DNA of 64,000 bases, from the NCBI GenBank assembly GCA_002359655.1, contig DENL01000005.1, positions 13,192-77,191 of the forward strand, written 5' to 3'. A model generated the notes under the pieces. That model was not told the origin of the DNA and did not search any database. It saw only the letters and a list, made by a program, of their open reading frames with translations. The position numbers and the translations under genes are program-made. Every line of letters begins with the position of its first letter. Position 1 is the first letter of the stretch. Below, one piece after another: positions 19,590-27,651 of this stretch. Origin of the DNA: Rickettsiales bacterium UBA2645. Its GTDB lineage: Bacteria; Pseudomonadota; Alphaproteobacteria; Rickettsiales; UBA1997.

Positions 19590-19744
19590 TTAGTAAATCG
19601 CGATTTAAGCGAGTTATGTTTTTAAATTTTGTAATTTTGGAAGTTTTTCAGGCGAGCTATCATCTTAACAATCAGCCTTCCCGCAAAGGGAGCGGCAAAA
19701 TAATTTCGCTGTAATTAATTCACAAGCAGAGAGTTTAAAAAGCA

Positions 19745-21589
19745 TTAGACTTTACCTTTCATAGCTTCTTGCAAAGCGCCAGTTTTATCGTTTAGTATTT
19801 GTGCTTCGATCATAACATCTTTGCCAATTGGCGCAGCAGCTCCAGAACCGCTTTTGCCGTGCTCTACCACAACCGAAATTGAGTATTTCGGGTCTTGAAC
19901 TGGTGCAAATCCAACAAAAATTGCGTGATTCTGATTTGTGTTAATAGCGTTTTCTGATTTCGACATTTCTTTTTCTCTTTTCGAAATCACTTGTGAAGTT
20001 CCGGTTTTGCCGGCCATTTCAAATCCCGGAACTTCAATTCTTTTGCCATAAGCGGTACCGCCAGCTTCGTTCATCACGCGACGCATTCCTTCTTGAATCA
20101 TATGTATATTCGATGCTGAAACTAATGGCTGACTTCTTAATTCTTCATATTGCTCATCGATATTGTGATTACGTACCAAATAAGGCTTAATTGGAACGCC
20201 ACCATTGGCAATTCTTGCAGTTACTAATGCCATTTGTAATGGAGTTGCTAAAACAAAACCTTGCCCGATAGCCGTATTTAAAGTGTCTCCGCCAACCCAA
20301 GGGGTTTTAAAAACTTTGCGTTTCCATTCATCAGAAGGAACACTACCGGCTTTGGCGCCATATAAACTGATGTCGAATTTTTCACCATAGCCAAATTTGC
20401 GGGCCATTTCAGTAAATTTTTCAGCACCAATTTGTGTTCCAATGGTGAAAAAATAAACGTTACAAGAATTTTTAATGGCATCACTTAAATCCATCGAGCC
20501 GTGTCCGCCTTCTTTCCAACAGTGAAAAGCTCTTTTGCCTGATTGATAATGTCCGTTGCAAAAAACTTTTGTGTGAGGATTCACGCCATTTTCAAGACCA
20601 GCCAAAGCTACCATCAATTTAAAGGTCGATCCAGGAGGATAAAGTGCGGCAATTGGTTTATTGTTAAGAGGTTTTTTTGGATCGGTATTAAGCTCCTGCC
20701 AATATTGCGTCGAGACCCCTTCAACAAAATTATTTGGATTAAAGCTTGGACTAGAAGCATAAGCAATTATTTCACCAGTTTTAACATCCATAACCACAAC
20801 TGACGCTACATCATCTTTGATTCTTTCGGTAACAAATTTTTGTAAACGCAGATCAATTGTTAAATGCAACTTAGACCCTTCAGTAACTGGCTTTACAGAT
20901 AATGTACGGATCGGAATCTCATGAACATTAACTTCAACATATTTAACTCCATATTTACCGCGCAATGCTTCATCAAAAGTGCGTTCAATGCCTGATTTTC
21001 CAATACGAAAATCAGGATGCATAAAAAGATTTTGTTCATTTTCATCAATTTCTTTTTCTGAAGGCAAAGAAACGTAACCTAGAAAATGAGCGGTTTCAGC
21101 CGGATATGGATAATTTCTGATGATGCCACTTTCAATTGAGATTCCGGGTAATTTATGATAGTTGGTTTCGATTCTAGCAACATCATCCCAAGATAAATTA
21201 TCCATTAAAGAAATAATGGTTTTGCGGCGAGCATTTTTTATTTTAGCCAAAAAAAGATTTTTGTTAGCTTCAGTAAGATCAAGAATTAACGAGATTTTTT
21301 CGATTAAATCGCCAGTATTTTTTTTATTTTCGAAATAAAATAATAAGCGGTAATTGCCTTCATTTTTAGTAAGCGGATTATCAAAGCGATCCATTACAAT
21401 ACCGCGTGGAGCTGGATTGATTACTGGCTTGATACGATTACTATCTGATTGGATTTCATATTCTTTATTTTTTATCAGCTGCAAATATCCAAGACGAGTA
21501 ACCAAAGCAGTTGCAAGAACAGATTGTGCAGCACCAACAAATAAGGCACGACGATTAAAAATTTTATTTTTACGGATATCTCGAAGCAT
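19745..21589 (-). CDS. mrdA: Penicillin-binding protein 2 (elongation transpeptidase)
   Basis: 614 aa. N-terminal TM, PBP dimerisation region, 'STFK' active-site motif ('PPGSTFKLM'), 'KTGT'. Sits directly downstream of mreD. Confidence 0.9.
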   Translation of the reverse strand: MLRDIRKNKIFNRRALFVGAAQSVLATALVTRLGYLQLIKNKEYEIQSDSNRIKPVINPAPRGIVMDRFDNPLTKNEGNYRLLFYFENKKNTGDLIEKISLILDLTEANKNLFLAKIKNARRKTIISLMDNLSWDDVARIETNYHKLPGISIESGIIRNYPYPAETAHFLGYVSLPSEKEIDENEQNLFMHPDFRIGKSGIERTFDEALRGKYGVKYVEVNVHEIPIRTLSVKPVTEGSKLHLTIDLRLQKFVTERIKDDVASVVVMDVKTGEIIAYASSPSFNPNNFVEGVSTQYWQELNTDPKKPLNNKPIAALYPPGSTFKLMVALAGLENGVNPHTKVFCNGHYQSGKRAFHCWKEGGHGSMDLSDAIKNSCNVYFFTIGTQIGAEKFTEMARKFGYGEKFDISLYGAKAGSVPSDEWKRKVFKTPWVGGDTLNTAIGQGFVLATPLQMALVTARIANGGVPIKPYLVRNHNIDEQYEELRSQPLVSASNIHMIQEGMRRVMNEAGGTAYGKRIEVPGFEMAGKTGTSQVISKREKEMSKSENAINTNQNHAIFVGFAPVQDPKYSISVVVEHGKSGSGAAAPIGKDVMIEAQILNDKTGALQEAMKGKV

Positions 21590-21599
21590 TATCTATCGA

Positions 21600-22097
21600 T
21601 TAATTTTCTAGTAGTTTCAGACTTAGATAGTCAAAAAACTTATGCATCACAACATAAAGAGATGAGGACAAAATAAACTGCGCTACGATTCTAGTGACAT
21701 TATAGAAGTCATCGCTAAAGATCGAAAGAATCAACCATTTCATAAGCAAAAAGCAGAAGCAAAAGACTATAAATTGTTGCCAAATATGACGAAAATTTTC
21801 TCTGATCATCAACTTACTATTGAGCAATAAAAACAATCTGGTCAGCACAATATAACAAATTGAAGTAGCGCCAAGAGGATTGCCATTCAATGCATCACTC
21901 CAAATTCCTAGAAGAAAAATAAACCAAACACCAAAAACATTTTTAAAAACAACAAAATAAAAAACTGCCATCAAATCAAATAACGGAATAATGTCTGAAA
22001 GACCAGCAATTCTGATATTAGACATGTTGAAAATCACAAATAATATTGCAATTAAGTGCAAAATGACAACTCGAGATATTGATTTTTGCGCAAGCAT
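21600..22097 (-). CDS. mreD: Rod shape-determining protein MreD
   Basis: 165 aa, 5-TM small membrane protein with 'GIWSDALNGNPLG'. Located upstream of mrdA. Confidence 0.7.
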   Translation of the reverse strand: MLAQKSISRVVILHLIAILFVIFNMSNIRIAGLSDIIPLFDLMAVFYFVVFKNVFGVWFIFLLGIWSDALNGNPLGATSICYIVLTRLFLLLNSKLMIRENFRHIWQQFIVFCFCFLLMKWLILSIFSDDFYNVTRIVAQFILSSSLYVVMHKFFDYLSLKLLEN

Positions 22098-22286
22098 TTT
22101 GTTTGAAAAATTTTAAAAAAAGCGGGCGGGAAAGAAGGCGAGGAAATTATTTCGCAGTCAGTTTTTGTCCAGAAAAACGTTGAAAATCTGGCGAGTTTTA
22201 TTTTAGAAGTGAGTTCGTAGGATCATCGAATCCAAAGGAATCAAAGATAAAAAAGATTAGATCTAATTCGTATAAACTAAAATAAT

Positions 22287-23306
22287 CTAAGCAAATAATT
22301 TAGCGAAATTTCTTTTTTTACGCTTCTTCCAAAAGCCGCGGTGATAAGCATCAGAAGCCAAAAGAGGAATTACGGAAGTTGCTTCAGCATAAACCATTTG
22401 TTCAAAGGTAGTATCAACTTTTCCCCATGAACAAGCTTCTTTCAAGGTTGAAGAGGAGCAAGCTCCATCACGAGAATCAGCAACTGTGATTTGAACAGCA
22501 TATTTATGCATTTCGGCTTCAACACCTAAAATTTCAGCGCAAACTACTGTGTCTTGCACAAAGTTTTTTGGAACACCGCCGCCAACCATCAACAAGCCAG
22601 TTGTGCCAGCTTTAATTTTAATATCGGTCAATTCTTTGAAGTCAGCGATTGAATCAATCGTCATGTGTTTTTTTGGATTTTTAACTTGATGTAAAACAAG
22701 TCCAAAACCAGCAGAAGAGTCAGTGAAAGCTGGACAGAAAATTGGCACATTGTAATCGTAAGCAAGCTCGATTAAAGACTCTTTTTTCTTAGCATGCTTT
22801 TTTAAATATTTGCCCATTTCCCAAATAAATTCTCGAGAAGAATAAGGACGAGCTTCCAAAGAATTAGCAATTTTAAAGATTGTGTGATCACAATTTTGCA
22901 AATCTTTTTCGTCGATGTAAGTATCATAAATCCTGTCGATATAATTTTTACGTAGGAATTTGTCGTCAACAAATGGCGTGCCTTGATAATGTTTAAAACC
23001 AAGAGCTTCAAAAAAATCCATGTCAACAATTGAAGCACCAGTTGCAACAATAGCATCGATCATGCCGAATTTAATCATATCAGCATATACTTTCATGCAA
23101 CCACCAGCAGAAGTTGATCCAGCTAAAGTAAGAATGTTTGAGCAAGATTTGTCTTTCAACATCATGTTGAAAATCTCAGTCGCTCTTGCCAAATCGCGCG
23201 AAGTAAAAGACATGTGATCCATTTGATCAATTATTGGACGCGCATCAAATGAAGTGATATCGATATGTTTAACTGGACGCTTTAAGAGCTCTTTTTTAGT
23301 GACCAT
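22287..23306 (-). CDS. Deoxyhypusine synthase-like protein (probable homospermidine-type aminobutyl transferase)
   Basis: 339 aa. 'LAGSTSAGGCM', 'IDAIVATGASIVDMDFFEALG' and 'GGGVPKNF' fit the DHS family pattern. Confidence 0.75.
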   Translation of the reverse strand: MVTKKELLKRPVKHIDITSFDARPIIDQMDHMSFTSRDLARATEIFNMMLKDKSCSNILTLAGSTSAGGCMKVYADMIKFGMIDAIVATGASIVDMDFFEALGFKHYQGTPFVDDKFLRKNYIDRIYDTYIDEKDLQNCDHTIFKIANSLEARPYSSREFIWEMGKYLKKHAKKKESLIELAYDYNVPIFCPAFTDSSAGFGLVLHQVKNPKKHMTIDSIADFKELTDIKIKAGTTGLLMVGGGVPKNFVQDTVVCAEILGVEAEMHKYAVQITVADSRDGACSSSTLKEACSWGKVDTTFEQMVYAEATSVIPLLASDAYHRGFWKKRKKRNFAKLFA

Positions 23307-23330
23307 TTTTAGATTAATTGATTTTAGAGA

Positions 23331-24665
23331 TTAGACTTTTGCAGCGAAATTTAGCGAATCTTCTTGCTCATGAATTTCTTGATACATTGAAACCAAAGGC
23401 TCGTCAATAACTTCAATTTGTAGGTTTTTGTTAAAACCGTTGAAATCAGTTCTGATGCTGCGTGAGTAGGCGCCAAGCTGACCAATTTCGATGTAATCAC
23501 CTTCGGCAATATTTTCTGGCAAATAAAATGGACCTTTCATCGAGTCAAGTGAATCACAAGTTGGACCATAAAAACCAAATGCAACATTATTTGAGGTTAG
23601 CTCGGTTTTGCCTTTGATTCGAATAGCTTTTGTCGGATAAATAAAACCTGGGAAACCAGCATCAAACAAACCGCCATAAGTTCCATCGTTTAAATAAAGC
23701 ATATTTTTTTTACGACCTTCGACACGAACCAGAAGTGAGCCAGATTCCGCAACCAAAGCGCGTCCCGGTTCACACCAAATTCTGCAGTCTTTGAATCCGA
23801 GCTGATTAATTGAGTCGAAAATTTCGTCAAAATAAGAATGTAAATCTGGCGGAGTCATTCCTGGATAAGATGATGGAAAGCCACCACCAACATCAATCAC
23901 ATCAACCTTTACTTTTGCTTGTTCAAGAACTTCTTTGGTGATTGCGAGAGCATTGCGATATTCAATTGGATCCATGCATTGCGAACCAACATGGAAGCAG
24001 ATACCAAAACGATCTGCAGCAGCTCTAACTTTTCTAATTAATCCGACAGATTCACTTGGAAGAATACCAAATTTACCAGACAAATCGATTGCAGCGTGCG
24101 AGTTCGGAATTGCCAAACGCACATGCAAACCAAGGTCTTTGGCGTTGTTTGTAACTTCGAGAATTTTTTTGAGCTCGTCAGATGAATCAAGCGAGAAGTC
24201 ACGAATTCCGTGATTAAAGTAGGCATCAAAAATTGCTTCACGTGATTTGATTGGATGCATAAAATACATTTTTACTGCATCACCGAAAAGTTCGTTGATT
24301 AACTTAACTTCAGCCATTGAAGCAACGTCGAAATGCTTGATTCCTGAATCAAAAAGATGTTTTAAGACAGCAACATCTGGATTGCTTTTTACCGAATACA
24401 GTACATCGCTTGGAAATTTTGCGGAAGAAAATTTTTTCAAGAAAAAGCTCGCCGCGCGCTTAATTGAATTTGGACGAATAAAATAAACTGGAACTGAAGG
24501 TTTTAATTCACCAACTTCTTTTTCAACTGTGCTAAGATTATTTTTAACGGGAGTTTGAAAAAACTGCTTCGATCCCTTGTTGGTTTTTTCAGCGTTTTTT
24601 TCAGCATTAAATAAATAGTGAATTTTTGAGTTCACCGCTCCGTCATAACCTTGCTCTTGTTCCAT
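23331..24665 (-). CDS. Orn/Lys/Arg decarboxylase, alanine-racemase-fold (ODC-like, type III PLP)
   Basis: 444 aa. 'VLYSVKSNP' (PLP Lys), 'DVGGGFPS', 'EPGRALV' and 'GPTCDSLD'. It has a ~50-aa N-terminal extension. Confidence 0.8.
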   Translation of the reverse strand: MEQEQGYDGAVNSKIHYLFNAEKNAEKTNKGSKQFFQTPVKNNLSTVEKEVGELKPSVPVYFIRPNSIKRAASFFLKKFSSAKFPSDVLYSVKSNPDVAVLKHLFDSGIKHFDVASMAEVKLINELFGDAVKMYFMHPIKSREAIFDAYFNHGIRDFSLDSSDELKKILEVTNNAKDLGLHVRLAIPNSHAAIDLSGKFGILPSESVGLIRKVRAAADRFGICFHVGSQCMDPIEYRNALAITKEVLEQAKVKVDVIDVGGGFPSSYPGMTPPDLHSYFDEIFDSINQLGFKDCRIWCEPGRALVAESGSLLVRVEGRKKNMLYLNDGTYGGLFDAGFPGFIYPTKAIRIKGKTELTSNNVAFGFYGPTCDSLDSMKGPFYLPENIAEGDYIEIGQLGAYSRSIRTDFNGFNKNLQIEVIDEPLVSMYQEIHEQEDSLNFAAKV

Positions 24666-24968
24666 TTCTTTTTGAGATGGTTAAAATTAAGTAAAAGAAT
24701 AAAAATCCTTAATTTTTGTTTGAAATTTGATGAGCTACGGAAGCTTGATTTCTCTGGTTCCGAGACATGTTTTTCAAACGCAATTTTTAAAAAAGAGCGC
24801 GCAAAGTAAGAACAATTTTTTATTTGTAAATAAGAAATCTTTTAAAATTTTTAGCATCCTTTTTGGCCTGAATTTTCAAAGGCTCTTTCGAGATAAAAAA
24901 GATTTTTTTAAAAGTTATTTTGACAGAAAAATTTGTGCTTAAAAAAAGCAATAATTTTTTTGTCCTTT

Positions 24969-25061
24969 ATCCCTTCGGGATACGGAAACGCGACACGGGT
25001 CGCGCCCCGCATTGCGGGGAACCCCATCCCTTATGTCAAAGGGAAATACGGGATTTTTTTT
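24969..25061. other. GC-rich cluster of four short hairpins ending in T8 on the + strand (candidate small RNA or REP-like element)
   Basis: Hairpins: atccc-ttcg-gggat (24969-81), cgcgac-acgg-gtcgcg (24989-25004), ccccgc-att-gcgggg (25005-19), tccctt-atgtca-aaggga (25027-44). Then ..acgggat + TTTTTTTT (25054-61). Confidence 0.4.
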
Positions 25062-25085
25062 AAGAGCGATCATTTTAATTCAGAA

Positions 25086-25994
25086 TTAAGAATTCAAAAA
25101 GCAAAGCAATGCTTGCCTGACAGAGACTCCGGCTTCAACTTGCTCGAGAATTAAACTGAATTTTTCATCGTCAGCAAGAGTGGAAGAAATTTCAACATCA
25201 CGATTTATTGGTCCGGGATGCAGCACCAAAACATCTGGTTTAGCGACTTTTAATTTTTCGTGAGTAAGTCCGAAAAGTTTAAAATATTCTGACAAGCTTG
25301 GAATATAACAGCCAAGCATTCTTTCTTGTTGAATGCGTAGCATCATTACAACATCAGCATTTTTGATGCCTTCTTGTAAATCTTCAAAAACTTCAACACC
25401 AAAATTTTCTTTCAGCCAGTTTTTGTAATCGTGAGTAATTAAAGTTGGCGGTGTAATTACACGAATTTCGCAACCAAATTTTTTCAATAACTTAATGTTT
25501 GAACGCGCCACTCTTGAGTGAAGAACATCACCACAAATTGCTATTTTTAAATTTTCTAAACTTTTTTTATGTTGCAAAATCGTAAAACTATCGAGCAAAG
25601 CTTGGCTTGGATGTTCATTAGTTCCGTCTCCAGCGTTAATGAGTGATGCTGAAATATATTTTTTCAGTAGATGAACGATGCCACTAGAATTATGACGAAT
25701 CGCTACAAAATCTGGATTCATCGCGTTGATTGTTTTTGCGGTATCAATAATTGATTCGCCTTTTTTTAGTGAAGATAAAGAGATGTCGATATTAACAACT
25801 TTTGCGCCCATACGCTTTGCGGCGATTTCAAATGAAGTTCTGGTACGAGTGGAATTTTCAAAAAAGAAATTGATCAGAATTTTTCCGTTTAAAGAAAAAT
25901 TCTCTTCATTGTTTTTGAAAAACTTTTTTGCGGAATCATGAATTTTCTGAATGTCTTCTATTCTGAGCTGGTCTATGCTGATTAGATCCTTCAT
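25086..25994 (-). CDS. pyrB: Aspartate carbamoyltransferase catalytic subunit
   Basis: 302 aa. 'ENSTRTRTSFE', 'RHNSSG', 'HPSQALLD' and 'LHPGPINRDVEI'. Confidence 0.95.
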   Translation of the reverse strand: MKDLISIDQLRIEDIQKIHDSAKKFFKNNEENFSLNGKILINFFFENSTRTRTSFEIAAKRMGAKVVNIDISLSSLKKGESIIDTAKTINAMNPDFVAIRHNSSGIVHLLKKYISASLINAGDGTNEHPSQALLDSFTILQHKKSLENLKIAICGDVLHSRVARSNIKLLKKFGCEIRVITPPTLITHDYKNWLKENFGVEVFEDLQEGIKNADVVMMLRIQQERMLGCYIPSLSEYFKLFGLTHEKLKVAKPDVLVLHPGPINRDVEISSTLADDEKFSLILEQVEAGVSVRQALLCFLNS

Positions 25995-26002
25995 TATTCG
26001 CG

Positions 26003-26941
26003 CTATTTTGATTTAATTAGATGTTTAAAAACTTCTTCTAAATCTGGCTGTTTAGTTGAAATATCTTTGATTTGAATTTTAGTATCGAAGATGATGTGAA
26101 GGATTTTTTCCACTTCAATTTTTTCTGGATCGTAGGTGATAGAGATCTTGTCGTGAGGTAGAATCCTAGACTCAAGATTTGGAAATAAAGATTTAATATC
26201 AATGTTAGAAGCTTCGGGTGAAGTGATGATTAATTCTTTGCTGGAAAGTAGTTTCATCAGGTTTTCTTTGCGATCACGAGCAATTACTTGGCCATGATTT
26301 ATAACGGCAATTTCGTCGCATAATTCTTCAGCCTCTTCAAGATAATGAGTGGTAAGTAGAATTGTTGTTCCTTCTTGATTTAGCTTTTTGACATAATTCC
26401 ACAGCTGATTTCTGAGCTCAACATCAACACCAGCAGTTGGTTCGTCCAAAACCAAAATTTCTGGCTGATGAACTAATGCTTTTGCAACCAATAAACGACG
26501 GCGCATTCCTCCAGAGAGACTTCGCGGAGTTGCTGTTGCTTTGTCTTTCAAACCCAAAGCACTGATAATTTCGTCAGTACGACGATCAGCTTTTCTAATG
26601 CCGAAATAGCCAGCGTAAATTTCTAAAGTTTCACGCACATTGAAAAAGGGATCGATGATCAATTCTTGTGGCACGATACCAATTTTAAATTTTGCCGCTT
26701 GCGCGTCCAAATCAAGATCAATGCCAGCAATTTTTACACTGCCAGAAGTTTTATTAACCAAGCCCGCAAGAATATTGATGATAGTTGATTTTCCAGCGCC
26801 ATTTGGACCCAAAAGGCCAAAGAATGATCCTTTTTTGATTTCTAAATTGACAGATTTTAAGGCGATTTTTTCGGGCGATTTTTTTGATTTTTTGTAAGTC
26901 TTGCCTAAGTCTTTTATTTCAATCGCAAGATTAGAAGACAT
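26003..26941 (-). CDS. ABC transporter ATP-binding protein (ABC-2/DrrA-like)
   Basis: 312 aa. Walker A 'GPNGAGKST', signature 'LSGGMRRRL', Walker B 'LVLDEPT'. No permease gene is adjacent. Confidence 0.9.
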   Translation of the reverse strand: MSSNLAIEIKDLGKTYKKSKKSPEKIALKSVNLEIKKGSFFGLLGPNGAGKSTIINILAGLVNKTSGSVKIAGIDLDLDAQAAKFKIGIVPQELIIDPFFNVRETLEIYAGYFGIRKADRRTDEIISALGLKDKATATPRSLSGGMRRRLLVAKALVHQPEILVLDEPTAGVDVELRNQLWNYVKKLNQEGTTILLTTHYLEEAEELCDEIAVINHGQVIARDRKENLMKLLSSKELIITSPEASNIDIKSLFPNLESRILPHDKISITYDPEKIEVEKILHIIFDTKIQIKDISTKQPDLEEVFKHLIKSK

Positions 26942-26944
26942 ATG

Positions 26945-27268
26945 TTAGCTAATCAGATTTTTTGATTTAAATAATTCTTGTAACTCTCCTGAACTAAACA
27001 TTTCTTTCACGATATCACAACCACCGATAAATTCACCTTTGACATAAAGTTGTGGAATTGTTGGCCAGTCAGAAAAATCTTTGATTCCTTGACGAACTTC
27101 TGCATCACGCAGCACATCAACATCTAAAAATTCTACACCAACAGTTTTTAAAACATGTGACACAGCGGCAGAAAATCCGCATTGCGGAAAATCTTTTGTA
27201 CCTTTCATGAAAAGCACGACGTCATTTTGAGAAACTGTTTCTTGAATTTTTTCTAAAATATTTGACAT
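26945..27268 (-). CDS. grxD: Monothiol glutaredoxin (Grx4 family)
   Basis: 107 aa with the 'PQCGFS' active site and 'WPTIPQLYVKGEFIGGCDI'. Confidence 0.92.
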   Translation of the reverse strand: MSNILEKIQETVSQNDVVLFMKGTKDFPQCGFSAAVSHVLKTVGVEFLDVDVLRDAEVRQGIKDFSDWPTIPQLYVKGEFIGGCDIVKEMFSSGELQELFKSKNLIS

Positions 27269-27286
27269 AATTTTTGATGAGGAATT

Positions 27287-27523
27287 TTAATTTAACTTGT
27301 CCGAAGTCTTGAGCTGCATGGCGTGAAGCACATCACCCAGAATTTCTTTCAGGGCATTATTTACTATCTTATGCTGCTCAACTCTTGTTTTGCCAGCAAA
27401 AATTTTATCAGCAATTTCAACCGAGTAATGATTATCGTCATCAACCAAAGCCACGACTTTGATTTGCGCCTCAGGAAAATTTTCACGCAGAAGTTTTTCT
27501 AAATTTTTTTGAGCAATTGGCAT
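27287..27523 (-). CDS. BolA/IbaG family protein
   Basis: 78 aa. 'HYSVEI..KIFAGKTRVEQHKIVNNAL'. Adjacent to grxD, the usual BolA-Grx pairing. Confidence 0.7.
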   Translation of the reverse strand: MPIAQKNLEKLLRENFPEAQIKVVALVDDDNHYSVEIADKIFAGKTRVEQHKIVNNALKEILGDVLHAMQLKTSDKLN

Positions 27524-27533
27524 AAATTAAATA

Positions 27534-27560
27534 CAAAAAAAGCGGATCCGAAGATCCGCC
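27534..27560 (-). terminator. Intrinsic terminator after pnp (third of three hairpins)
   Basis: - strand reads ggcggatc-ttcg-gatccgc + TTTTTTT. It is preceded by the hairpin atcgaaaaatcggga-gcgg-tcccgatttttcgat. Confidence 0.8.
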
Positions 27561-27651
27561 TTAATAAAATTAAAATTTATCGAAAAATCGGGACCGCTCC
27601 CGATTTTTCGATGCAATCTAAAATTAAAATCAAAACGAAGTTTTGATTTTA

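Noticed and set aside
24727-25154. Two ORFs (71 and 73 aa, + strand) in the decarboxylase/pyrB intergenic region
   Set aside because: They have low-complexity K/F-rich sequence and no RBS. The second runs through the hairpin cluster and into pyrB antisense. The region is treated as non-coding.
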